A DNA stretch of 64,000 bases from Bacteroidetes bacterium UBA6221 (GTDB lineage Bacteria; Bacteroidota; Bacteroidia; Chitinophagales; Chitinophagaceae): positions 378,549 through 442,548 of the forward strand of contig DISB01000016.1 in the NCBI GenBank assembly GCA_002421685.1. The letters run 5' to 3'. This document shows positions 18,956 through 27,710 of this stretch, in pieces. A program made the translations under genes and the position numbers. Position 1 is the first letter of the stretch. Every line of letters starts with the position of its first letter. The notes below the pieces were generated by a model, which did not search any database, was not told the DNA's origin, and saw nothing but the letters and a program-made list of their open reading frames with translations.

Positions 18956-21769
18956 CTATTTAATTTTTTCACAATCTCTTTTCATCTTGAAATGCCAATC
19001 TATGCCTACCAAACCTGCCCATAAATTGTTCTTATCAGAATATAGATTGTGTGTAAAGTGAGTGTACCTGAACTGTAGTCTCAGCCCTATAGGTTTCGTT
19101 TCAAACAAGTATGCTAATCCGGCTGTTACAGATAACTTTTCTACACCGGTTTTACTCCATGCAATATCCGGTCCTCCGTTAACAGTAATATTCTTATTGA
19201 TGCTTTTACTAATGCTGTTATTGATAAAGTATAGGTCGCCGCTTAGGGAACTATCATTTGCAGGAATGCTCATCCAACCTGCATTTAGGCTGGTCATGTT
19301 CATTCCAGAGCTATATATATACCCCAACTGAACGGTTTTACTTTCGTAACTAACCAGTTCAGCGGTATTCTTGTTGTGGTTATACATGAGCATGAAACGA
19401 TGAGCTGATCTGCCTTTTCTAACCTGGTAAGTCAACCTGGATGTAGTAACCTCACCTATAATAGGCCTTTGCGAAATTGAAAAAGTATCATTAAATGCTC
19501 TGAAAGTAGTGAACGGCTTATACGACATGTATAAATTTGGATATCTCTTGAAATTAGTTTTAACATCGAAACCCCACCTCTTGTTATATCCTGTTGATGC
19601 AAATGAAGATTGTTTAATAAAGTTATATTGTACACCAAGAACAATTAAAGACTTGACAATAGTTGCATTAGCTCCTAAAGTGTACCTTTCTGTCGCGTTG
19701 CGTTTAATAGGCATGGCGCTATTCTCAAATAACTTTCCCATATGCTCCCACTCGCCCCTTATGGAAGAATTGACAGGTTTTACCAAGTATTCTGCGCCTA
19801 TTTTCGCCGCCGTTGTCTCTTTACCTGTTTGCCTTAGTTCCGACATTTTATTATAAGAGGTTGCCCCCTCTGATTGGATTAATAAATTATCACCAAATCG
19901 GCCGTTGTAAACAAATGACAAGACATGGACGGGCTCCATGAAAGATTGAGGGATAACGTCTTGTTTAAAATTTTCGCTTTTCAAAATGCTTTTTGCAGGC
20001 GAGTAGGTATAATATATTAAACCAACATTCTGCTGTTCATAAATTCTGGAATCGGCACGCAACATGTATGAATTATAAGCGTCAACATTGCCGTCCCGGG
20101 ATATATACTCAGTTTTACCAATGGTAGCGCGTGTTTTAACAAACCCAAAGTCATATCCCAATCCACCACCTTTCAGAACTTGCCCTGACATGGTATAATC
20201 GGATTCATACTGATTTAGAATCCCGATATCAAAATTAGTTACCCCCCTGATAAATTTTGATGTTTCGCTTTCAGGAAGCAAGTCCGATGTGGCATTAGCA
20301 AGTTCTTTATAGGAAGGATTGCGATTATTCAATTCATTCAACTTAGCATATGTAATGGCAGAATCGAGATACATTTTATTATTGTATTGCTCGAGTATTT
20401 TTGAATACTTTTCTATTCTTTGTTTGTTCTTTTCATATTTTTCGTACTGCTCTCTTGCTTTGGCCCTTTCATCATCAGCCAGACCAGACTTGACTACGTC
20501 AATACCAGGTAAAAGACGCTCACCATTCATTGTTTCGATATCAAAACCATACTTTTTCTGAAACAGGCTACGGATTGAGTAATTTTCAGAGTTCAGGCTA
20601 CTGATTAAATGTGTATACGAATCTCCCGCACCCATATTTTTTGTCTCGTTGTATTTTGCTTTGAAAACGGTAATTTTTTCCTGCAATCGGCTCTTAGACT
20701 CTTCAACATCATAATGTACTCTTATATAGCTCGCCTTTGCTTGTCTTCCTATATCCTGCGTGGTATAATAACCCTCCAGCACAACAGGTACATTTTTGAT
20801 TGTAGTATGTACAATCCCGCTTACCTCTTGATAAAAATTATCCTGTTGAGAGTTAGGTTCTTGTCCATTCCCAAAACCGGTTGAGAAGCCCAAATCACCA
20901 CGTGTTTCCTGATCGCAGTTGTCTTTCTTATAAAGTTTTTTTGTCCGGGAACTGATAGACGTGAAATTAGACAGGCTATTATCTTCTATCGAAAAGGCTT
21001 TGTTTTTCAAACTGGTTCTTTCATCTTCAATCTTATATTTCATTCCTGTTCCGGGTTTGACTTCGTACCTGCCTAAAAACCATTTATCAAAATACAAGGC
21101 ACTATAGGCTTTGTCATCTGTCATTTCAGGAACCGCAATCACACCTTTTTTATTCCCTATCTTTCTATTGATATGTGTGTTTATTCTTGTCAACTCCTCT
21201 TTTGACAGCCCATCTTTTTTTGCATTTCTGTTATTAATTCTTATACGTCCTTTTTTATGAGATGGCGCAAGAAGATTATTTATCCTGTTTCTTATATCTG
21301 AATTGTAGGATAATGTACTATCTATACCAACTGTAAAATCTTCAACATGAAATAAATCGCCGTACAAAGTAAATAGTGCGACATGCATGTGATAGGTACC
21401 CGGCGGTACTTCACCAGTACTTTTCAACAGTTCAAAAAAGGAATGATTTTTATATCTGGTAGTGTCGCTTTTTTCAAACTTAAGGGTTACAGAGTTTGCT
21501 CCGTTGTGAAATAATAACCTTTCAAAAAACAGGTGATACAATTCAACACTATCAGCGGTTCTCAGTTGGTAACATTGCACGCTTACATTCAGCCTAATTG
21601 TAGTGTCTAACTGATAACTGATTTTTTGAAAAATCTCATCATCTTCAATAAAGGGAATCTCAAGAGAAAAGATATGTGCATCATTCCTGCCTTGCCCAAA
21701 ACCCTTATGTACTGTTACAATGAGGCTAAGAGTAAAAATGGTGATGTATATATGTAATAGTTTTTTCAA
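18956..21769 (-). CDS. First gene of the operon: 937-aa signal-peptide protein with an N-terminal beta-sandwich-like domain, a central coiled coil and a beta-rich C-terminal half (putative outer-membrane barrel)
   Basis: N-terminus MKKLLHIYITIFTLSLIVTVHKGFGQ. Charged heptad-like stretch DDERAKAREQYEKYEKNKQRIEKYSKILEQYNNKMY. The C-terminal ~430 aa show alternating hydrophobic patterns with Y/F/W girdle-like residues (LSVTAGLAYLFETKPIGLRLQFRYTHF...WAGLVGIDWHF). Confidence 0.8.
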   Translation of the reverse strand: MKKLLHIYITIFTLSLIVTVHKGFGQGRNDAHIFSLEIPFIEDDEIFQKISYQLDTTIRLNVSVQCYQLRTADSVELYHLFFERLLFHNGANSVTLKFEKSDTTRYKNHSFFELLKSTGEVPPGTYHMHVALFTLYGDLFHVEDFTVGIDSTLSYNSDIRNRINNLLAPSHKKGRIRINNRNAKKDGLSKEELTRINTHINRKIGNKKGVIAVPEMTDDKAYSALYFDKWFLGRYEVKPGTGMKYKIEDERTSLKNKAFSIEDNSLSNFTSISSRTKKLYKKDNCDQETRGDLGFSTGFGNGQEPNSQQDNFYQEVSGIVHTTIKNVPVVLEGYYTTQDIGRQAKASYIRVHYDVEESKSRLQEKITVFKAKYNETKNMGAGDSYTHLISSLNSENYSIRSLFQKKYGFDIETMNGERLLPGIDVVKSGLADDERAKAREQYEKYEKNKQRIEKYSKILEQYNNKMYLDSAITYAKLNELNNRNPSYKELANATSDLLPESETSKFIRGVTNFDIGILNQYESDYTMSGQVLKGGGLGYDFGFVKTRATIGKTEYISRDGNVDAYNSYMLRADSRIYEQQNVGLIYYTYSPAKSILKSENFKQDVIPQSFMEPVHVLSFVYNGRFGDNLLIQSEGATSYNKMSELRQTGKETTAAKIGAEYLVKPVNSSIRGEWEHMGKLFENSAMPIKRNATERYTLGANATIVKSLIVLGVQYNFIKQSSFASTGYNKRWGFDVKTNFKRYPNLYMSYKPFTTFRAFNDTFSISQRPIIGEVTTSRLTYQVRKGRSAHRFMLMYNHNKNTAELVSYESKTVQLGYIYSSGMNMTSLNAGWMSIPANDSSLSGDLYFINNSISKSINKNITVNGGPDIAWSKTGVEKLSVTAGLAYLFETKPIGLRLQFRYTHFTHNLYSDKNNLWAGLVGIDWHFKMKRDCEKIK

Positions 21770-22133
21770 GTAATGATAAGTGGTTTGGTGTTATTAATTC
21801 AACTAAATTATTTATTTGTTTTTGTTTTGCAAACTTTTAACAAAAAAAATGGAGAAATTACATGACTTATATTATACAGAATAATCTCCCTATTTATCTC
21901 CCACTAAAAAAATGCATTAACAGGAGGCTTAATTAAGTTCTATTTTTCTGTCTTATTATTTGCGAACTTGACTATACATCAAATAACCTATATGCCCAAG
22001 ATGCCGGAATTGGACCATGCTGAATTTATTCAGCGAGAAACACAAGTTTGGTACTTAATATACCAAGCTCATTTGGCCACCCTTAGAAGTTCAGTGCAAT
22101 TTTTAGTGCAAGTAGAAATATGTCGAAATAAAT

Positions 22134-22163
22134 AAGGAGTTATACATGTGTGTATAACTCCTT
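22134..22163 (-). terminator. Perfect 13-bp-stem hairpin immediately 3' of tRNA-Leu, followed on the minus strand by ATTTATTTCG. Probable tRNA terminator.
   Basis: aaggagttataca-tgtg-tgtataactcctt read directly from the sequence. Confidence 0.55.
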
Positions 22164-22174
22164 GTAAGTCATTG

Positions 22175-22258
22175 TGCCCAGAACAGGAATCGAACCTGCA
22201 CTCCCTTGCGAGAACCAGATTTTGAGTCTAGCGCGTCTACCAATTCCGCCATCTGGGC
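22175..22258 (-). tRNA. tRNA-Leu (anticodon CAA), class II with a long variable arm. CCA is not encoded.
   Basis: The reverse complement reads GCCCAGATGGCGGAATTGGTAGACGCGCTAGACTCAAAATCTGG...GGTTCGATTCCTGTTCTGGGCA. The acceptor GCCCAGA pairs with TCTGGGC. The anticodon loop is CTCAAAA. Confidence 0.9.
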
Positions 22259-22302
22259 AGGGTAGACACCGAAACCGTCAATCACTTACTATTGACCTGA
22301 AT

Positions 22303-22833
22303 TCAGCGGGTTGCAAAACTATTCATTCTTTCCTGAATGCGCAACAGATATTTTTTCCTGAAATACTGTTCTTTTATCTGCCGCAAAAGGTCTTTTCCGT
22401 GGTCGCCGGTCTCATATTTTTCGGTCATGGAACGGGTTTCTTCTTCCCACTCCCGAAGGGCGTCAGCCAGCATTTTTCTGGCCTTGTCTAGCGTCTCTGT
22501 ATCGCCGCCATCCATTTCATAGTCGCTTAGCATCTCGTTCAGGTCCATCATCTCCACCAGGAAGGCGGGTGGCAGGGTGTATTTTTCTTCATTTTCCAGT
22601 ACGCCCTCCAGTCGCAGCACATATGCCATAGTAGCATCTGGATTGTTCAGGGTTTTCCAGGCCTGGTTATTAACTGAAGACTGCTGTAGCGCTTCTGCCT
22701 GCTCTCCAGCTCCCGCCATAGTAAAACGGTCGGGGTGGCACTTGCGGCTCAGCTCATAATATTTACTCTTAACGATAACAGGGTCGGGATGGAAACTAAC
22801 AGGCAAGCCGTACAATTCGAAATAGTTGACCAT
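22303..22833 (-). CDS. hscB: J-domain co-chaperone, HscB-like (176 aa)
   Basis: MVNYFELYGLPVSF...YYELSRKCHPDRF contains the HPD motif. SSVNNQAWKTLNNPDATMAYVL parallels E. coli HscB [24 protein letters not shown]. Confidence 0.75.
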   Translation of the reverse strand: MVNYFELYGLPVSFHPDPVIVKSKYYELSRKCHPDRFTMAGAGEQAEALQQSSVNNQAWKTLNNPDATMAYVLRLEGVLENEEKYTLPPAFLVEMMDLNEMLSDYEMDGGDTETLDKARKMLADALREWEEETRSMTEKYETGDHGKDLLRQIKEQYFRKKYLLRIQERMNSFATR

Positions 22834-22879
22834 GGGGCAAAGTTCTGCATGTTATCTTTACCAACAAAATGGCTGACAG

Positions 22880-24085
22880 ATGACTAAAATAGGAGTGATA
22901 AAAGAAAGGAAAACGCCGGAGGACAACAGGGTGATATTTACACCCGTGCAGTGCAGGCATATCATGGCTAAATACCCCGGTGTAGAGATATTGGTGGAAC
23001 CCTCGGAAGTGCGGTGCTACAAAGACGATGAGTACAGTGCCGAAGGCATCAGGGTGACGGAAGACCTAAGCGGCTGCGATATCCTGTTGGGCGTGAAGGA
23101 GGTGCCGGCGGAATACCTTATACCGGGCAAGACCTATTTTTTCTTTTCGCACACCAAAAAGAAACAACCGCACAACCGGCACCTGATGCATGCGCTGATA
23201 CAAAAGCGCATCCGCATGATAGATTACGAGTGCCTGACGTTCCAGGATGAGCAACGGATATTGGGTTTTGGGCTGTTTGCGGGTATCGTAGGCGCGCACA
23301 ATGGCCTGCTTACCTACGGCAAAAAATTCGGACTGTATGAACTGCCCCCGGCACATATGGTAGATGATTTTCCCGCACTCATCAATACTTACCGAAAAAA
23401 CCGCCTGCCTGCTATAAAAATCGCCGTCACAGGTTCGGGCCGCGTGGCCGCGGGGGTAGTAGAGGTGATGACACACCTGGATATAGAATCGGTAGAGCCC
23501 GAAGACTACCTGACGCACCAGTACGATTATCCCGTATACACCCACCTGAAGGGTAGCCACCTGTATGCACGCAAAGACAACAACCTGTTCTTCCGCGATG
23601 ATTTTCATGCCAACCCGCAGATGTACAAATGCCTCTTCAGCAACTATATTGCCCAGACCGATATACTGATGAACGGTATATACTGGGACACGGACATAGC
23701 ACGGTTGTTTGAGAAAGAAGACGTCCGTCGCAAAGACTGGCGCATCAGTGTAATATCCGATATCACCTGCGATGTAGATGGTTCAGTACCTATCAACGTA
23801 GGCGCCAGCACCATTGCCGAGCCTGTGTATGGCATCAGCCGCAGCAGCTTTGAGCAGGTAGCACCTTACCAAAATACGATGGACACCATTGACGTAATGG
23901 CGGTAGACAACCTCCCCAACGAATTGCCCAAAGACGCATCGCACTACTTCGGTTCGCATTTTGAAAAATATGTGCTGAAAGAACTGCTGGAGGGGGATAG
24001 CGACATCATACGCCGTGCAACAATATGTGAAGGAGGAAAACTGACGCCTGAGTACGAGTACCTGGCGGACTATGCTTACCCATAA
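22880..24085 (+). CDS. AlaDH/PNT-family NAD(P)-dependent dehydrogenase (saccharopine / lysine-ketoglutarate reductase-like), 401 aa
   Basis: N-terminal IGVIKERKTPEDNRV and a central dinucleotide-binding segment IAVTGSGRVAAGVVEV. Family-level call only. Confidence 0.6.
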   Translation: MTKIGVIKERKTPEDNRVIFTPVQCRHIMAKYPGVEILVEPSEVRCYKDDEYSAEGIRVTEDLSGCDILLGVKEVPAEYLIPGKTYFFFSHTKKKQPHNRHLMHALIQKRIRMIDYECLTFQDEQRILGFGLFAGIVGAHNGLLTYGKKFGLYELPPAHMVDDFPALINTYRKNRLPAIKIAVTGSGRVAAGVVEVMTHLDIESVEPEDYLTHQYDYPVYTHLKGSHLYARKDNNLFFRDDFHANPQMYKCLFSNYIAQTDILMNGIYWDTDIARLFEKEDVRRKDWRISVISDITCDVDGSVPINVGASTIAEPVYGISRSSFEQVAPYQNTMDTIDVMAVDNLPNELPKDASHYFGSHFEKYVLKELLEGDSDIIRRATICEGGKLTPEYEYLADYAYP

Positions 24086-24091
24086 AGGGGA

Positions 24092-25021
24092 TTATTTTTT
24101 CTTTTTTGCCAGCAGGTCTTTTACAGCAGTTTCAATATCACGGAAATCGAACTTGAAACCTTTTTCCGTTATCTTTTCTGAACTGACCGTGCAGCTTTTC
24201 AATACCTCGGCACTCATCTCGCCCAATACCGGTTTCAGCAAAAAGGCGGGTATGGATATGGGAATCTTCAGGCCTTTCTTTTGCCTTGTCATAGCCTGTA
24301 TAATGAGTATATGGTTCGCGGGCAGGGGCGCCACGGCGTTATAAATGCCTGTTACCTCCACGCGTTCTATAGCAAATCTTATCATGCGCGCCAGGTCGCG
24401 GATATGTATCCAGCTCACCACCTGTTCGCCCGAACCAAGCACGGGCAATATGCCAAACCTCATAGGCTTGTAAAACTGGTAGAAATAGCCGCCGTCTTTT
24501 GCCAGCACGATGCCAAACCTTAGTATTACCCGCCGGAGGAATTCTTCTGCTTTCTCAGAAGCCTTTTCCCATTCAGCGCAGGTACGTCCCAGGAAATCAT
24601 TTGCAGGGCCGTCACTTTCTGTAAACGGTTGATCGTTGTTGTCGGGGCCGTAGTAGCCCGCAGCTGCAGAGGCGTTTACCAGTACTTTACAGCCGGGTGC
24701 GTGTATTCTTAACTGTTCGGTAAGGAAACGTGTACCGATGACCCGGCTTTCTAAAATCTCTGTTTTTCTCTGTTCTGTCCATCGCTTGTCGGCTATACCC
24801 TCGCCCGCAAGGTTGACCATTGCATCTACCTTGGCCAGTTGTTCTTTGTCTATTTTGTTCCTGATGGGGTCGAACAGGGCGTAAATGGTGTTTTTTATGT
24901 ATTTCCTGTTCTTTTCAGGTTTTCGGGTAAAAACGATTATTTCATAGCCATCATCGGCAAGCAGCTTCGACAAATATCTGCCCGTCAGGCCTGTTCCGCC
25001 GGCTATGCCAATGATTTTCAT
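24092..25021 (-). CDS. SDR-type epimerase family protein (YfcH / TIGR01777-like), 309 aa
   Basis: N-terminal Rossmann motif MKIIGIAGGTGLTGRYL. The length and C-terminal extension are typical of the family. Confidence 0.7.
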   Translation of the reverse strand: MKIIGIAGGTGLTGRYLSKLLADDGYEIIVFTRKPEKNRKYIKNTIYALFDPIRNKIDKEQLAKVDAMVNLAGEGIADKRWTEQRKTEILESRVIGTRFLTEQLRIHAPGCKVLVNASAAAGYYGPDNNDQPFTESDGPANDFLGRTCAEWEKASEKAEEFLRRVILRFGIVLAKDGGYFYQFYKPMRFGILPVLGSGEQVVSWIHIRDLARMIRFAIERVEVTGIYNAVAPLPANHILIIQAMTRQKKGLKIPISIPAFLLKPVLGEMSAEVLKSCTVSSEKITEKGFKFDFRDIETAVKDLLAKKKK

Positions 25022-25181
25022 CTATGTTACAGTTGAATGGTCGAATTAAAAATAAATTAAAACCTCAATATCCCAAATTAAGGATTATTTTCTATTAAAA
25101 TTTTAGAAAATATTTTTTTCGGCTTATGCAATAAAGATAATACCCTTGCGTTCTTTCAGTATAAAATCCAATTCTTTTTCT

Positions 25182-25379
25182 ATGAGCAAAACTTTACTTG
25201 AACATTTTACGGTAATTCACCCATTACAAAAGCAGCCCGCAGAGCGGAAGGATATGCAGTATGATAGTTTGCAGGGGTTGGTGAGCGAATTGAAGTATGT
25301 ACTCTGCCATGCAGAGAAAGAATTGCTCTCGCCCAGGGCCGAGGCAATAGAGCAACTACTGAAGAAAGCGCTAAACTAA
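25182..25379 (+). CDS. Small hypothetical protein (65 aa from the ATG at 25182; the ORF track starts at a TTG at 25146)
   Basis: ORF only. It overlaps the 3' end of the convergent metallophosphoesterase gene by 9 nt. Confidence 0.3.
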   Translation: MSKTLLEHFTVIHPLQKQPAERKDMQYDSLQGLVSELKYVLCHAEKELLSPRAEAIEQLLKKALN

Positions 25380-26633
25380 TTCGATAACCGTGATCTCGGG
25401 CAGGATACCCAGCCTGCCGGGATAGCCGAGGAAGCCAAATCCACGGTTGACGTACAGGTATTGCTGCTCTTTTTGATAAATGCCTGCCCAGTTCTTATAC
25501 ACATATTTTACAGGGCTCCATTTAAAGCCGGGTATCTCGATGCCGAACTGCATACCATGGGTATGCCCGCTGAACGTTATGTCTATATCCCGAAACTCTT
25601 TTACTACCTGGTTGTCCCAATGCGATGGGTCGTGCGAGAGCAGCATTTTGAAAGGTATGTTCTTGTCTTTCAATCCCTCGTAGGCTTTATGCATGTCGCC
25701 ATATTTCGGGAAACCTGCTTTGGCGCCCCAGTTCTCAATACCCACTACTGCTATCTTATCTTCACCACGCTCCAGCACCACGTGCTCGTTCATCATTAGC
25801 TTCCAGCCCATTTCAGCATGGGTTTCTTTCAGCCATTCCAGATTCTGCTTTTTGGCCTCTTTGCTGGGCCATTGTATATAGTCGCCATAGTCGTGGTTGC
25901 CCAAGGTGGAATATACACCCAGGGGGGCTGATAATTGCGAAAAGATATTTTTGTAGGGCTGTACCTCGTCCGTTTTATAATTCACCAGGTCGCCGGTAAA
26001 GAAGATGATATCCGGCTTCTCGCCCATGACCTTTTCCACACCCTTTGCCACTGCGTGGTGGTCGTCAAAGCTGCCCGAATGTATATCCGATATCTGGACG
26101 ATCTTCAACCCCCTGAAAGCAGCGGGCAGGTTCGCAAAGCTTAATTGCATTCGCCGCACCTGGTAGTTGTACCGGTTGCTTAGGCCATAAATGAAACCAC
26201 CCAAAGCTGTACCGCCCAGTACCAATGCCACTTGTTTCAGGAAAACAGAACGGGTGATGCCGCCCCCGATGCCGCCTGCCGCATCTATATTTTCTTTAGA
26301 TGAACCGACGCTAAAGATGAGACCTGCCAGCCACATTACCAGGCGGCGGATATCGTCTATGGCCATGATGGCGCCTACCAATATCTTACCCACCCAAAGG
26401 CCCATGGTAAAGGCAATGAAAATATTCCTTACTGCCAGGGGAATAGACTCCCAGTTGTGCGCTCGAAAAAGGATAAAGCCCAGCCAGGTAGCTACCGTAG
26501 CAAATATGTACAATCCCATCAGCCCGTACTTCCAGAAGTTGGGCATGGATTTCAGCGCCGAGCGTACAGCGATAAAACTGTATATCTCAGCCAGCGCAAC
26601 TACAGTCAGGAAAATAAAAAGACGTGTCTTCAT
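25371..26633 (-). CDS. Membrane-anchored metallophosphoesterase (YkuE-like), 420 aa
   Basis: Several N-terminal hydrophobic helices, then calcineurin-like motifs QISDIHSG, TGDLVNY, GNHDY and SGHTHG. Confidence 0.85.
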   Translation of the reverse strand: MKTRLFIFLTVVALAEIYSFIAVRSALKSMPNFWKYGLMGLYIFATVATWLGFILFRAHNWESIPLAVRNIFIAFTMGLWVGKILVGAIMAIDDIRRLVMWLAGLIFSVGSSKENIDAAGGIGGGITRSVFLKQVALVLGGTALGGFIYGLSNRYNYQVRRMQLSFANLPAAFRGLKIVQISDIHSGSFDDHHAVAKGVEKVMGEKPDIIFFTGDLVNYKTDEVQPYKNIFSQLSAPLGVYSTLGNHDYGDYIQWPSKEAKKQNLEWLKETHAEMGWKLMMNEHVVLERGEDKIAVVGIENWGAKAGFPKYGDMHKAYEGLKDKNIPFKMLLSHDPSHWDNQVVKEFRDIDITFSGHTHGMQFGIEIPGFKWSPVKYVYKNWAGIYQKEQQYLYVNRGFGFLGYPGRLGILPEITVIELV

Positions 26634-26648
26634 TACAGGACTGCAAAG

Positions 26649-27152
26649 TTAAAACATTAAAAATTCATCTATCTGGTTATGAATAAGTTTAACAGTTTCT
26701 TCTTTCAGAAGGTTGCCGTCTTTATCTATTTCTTCGCTGATGCGACTGAGGGGTATTTTATTGTACAACACGTTTACTTTCAGGTAATTAAGTACGCCTG
26801 TAAGATGGTCCATACCGCGCAGGTTGCCCGCCCGTCCGTCTGCTACGCCGGTCATCATAGCCTTTTTGTGCCACCAGCACCTGCGTATGTCACTGTTATC
26901 CATCATCAGTTTAAGGATACCGGGAAAACTGCCATTGTATTCAGGAATGACGAACACAAACCTATTTGAGGGTATTAATAAGCGTTGCTCTGCCTCTTTC
27001 AGTTTGCCATGTTTGTCCCATACGTTCATCCCCTCCAGCGACAAAAGATGCACTTCGTCATCTGATTTCTGCTGCAGCAGGCGGGTGTACAATGCCGCTA
27101 CCCGTAGTGTCATACTGTCGTTCCTGTCTGTGCCTGAAATTACCGTTATCAT
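26649..27152 (-). CDS. NAD(P)H-dependent FMN reductase family oxidoreductase, 167 aa
   Basis: MITVISGTDRNDSMTLRVA... and VFVIPEYNGSFPGILK are typical of the flavodoxin-like FMN reductase fold. Confidence 0.7.
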   Translation of the reverse strand: MITVISGTDRNDSMTLRVAALYTRLLQQKSDDEVHLLSLEGMNVWDKHGKLKEAEQRLLIPSNRFVFVIPEYNGSFPGILKLMMDNSDIRRCWWHKKAMMTGVADGRAGNLRGMDHLTGVLNYLKVNVLYNKIPLSRISEEIDKDGNLLKEETVKLIHNQIDEFLMF

Positions 27153-27248
27153 ATTGCTGCATGTAAAGGTACAAGCTTTGGCGGGCAGTTTATATTGCGA
27201 ATGATTAATCGTAAATCAGGCCAATTGATAATGTATTTGTAACCCTGT

Positions 27249-27710
27249 TCAGAGAATCTTGTCTATAGTGAAGGTCTTCCCGTTCAGCACAAATATATCG
27301 CCCGCCTGTTTACCCCTTAGCTGGCCGCCTATGGGCGATGAAACGGACACAGCGTAATACTTCGTTCCCCCAACAGTAAAATGTCCTGCGCTGATGGCTA
27401 TGTAAAAGTTGCCGTTGCTGCACTGCACCAGGCTACCCGGCACTACTGCCGGCGATGAGAGTTTGGGGTTGATACTTTGCAATATGGCTTCATCAGCTTT
27501 TACTTTGTTCAGCCGCTCCATGTTCATATTGATGTCCTGCTGCAGCATCTCGCGGGTGGTTTCGTACTTGTCGCCCATGCTGCTCTTGGTCTCGTTGCGT
27601 ATGGCCTCGCGCCTGTCGGTTATAGCAGCCTCTATCTCGTTAATGCTGTCCGCGATATACTTCCGGCACAGATTGTATAGTTCAAGCTTCAGGTCTTTCA
27701 TATCAGGCAT
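27249..27710 (-). CDS. GreA/GreB-family (Gre-like) protein, 153 aa
   Basis: The N-terminal coiled coil has GDKYETTRE (compare GreA GDLSENAEY; the D-x-x-E spacing is retained). The C-terminal SPIGGQLRGKQAGDIF resembles GreA SPIGRALLGKKVGD. Confidence 0.65.
   Translation of the reverse strand: MPDMKDLKLELYNLCRKYIADSINEIEAAITDRREAIRNETKSSMGDKYETTREMLQQDINMNMERLNKVKADEAILQSINPKLSSPAVVPGSLVQCSNGNFYIAISAGHFTVGGTKYYAVSVSSPIGGQLRGKQAGDIFVLNGKTFTIDKIL

Noticed and set aside
22-21769. Assigning the giant-protein operon to a known pathway (T6SS effector, T9SS cargo, CdiA/CdiB two-partner secretion, or a complete Tc ABC toxin)
   Set aside because: No Hcp/VgrG/PAAR/TssBC-like ORFs are present. Neither giant protein ends in a type-A or type-B T9SS sorting domain. 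I could not read any TPS domain, FHA-type repeats or POTRA-bearing TpsB-like protein. There is no ~2500-aa TcA-like gene. It is therefore reported as unassigned rather than forced into one of these systems.
21770-22133. Promoter call for the seven-gene operon (Bacteroidota -7 box TAnnTTTG on the minus strand, i.e. CAAAnnTA on the plus strand)
   Set aside because: I scanned the spacer by eye and found only near-misses (caaacttt, caaataac). There is no perfect match, so no promoter feature is reported.
22174-22491. 105-aa plus-strand ORF overlapping tRNA-Leu and the hscB-like gene
   Set aside because: Its 5' end is the antisense of a well-folded tRNA gene, and the remainder is antisense to a J-domain CDS. 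It is spurious.
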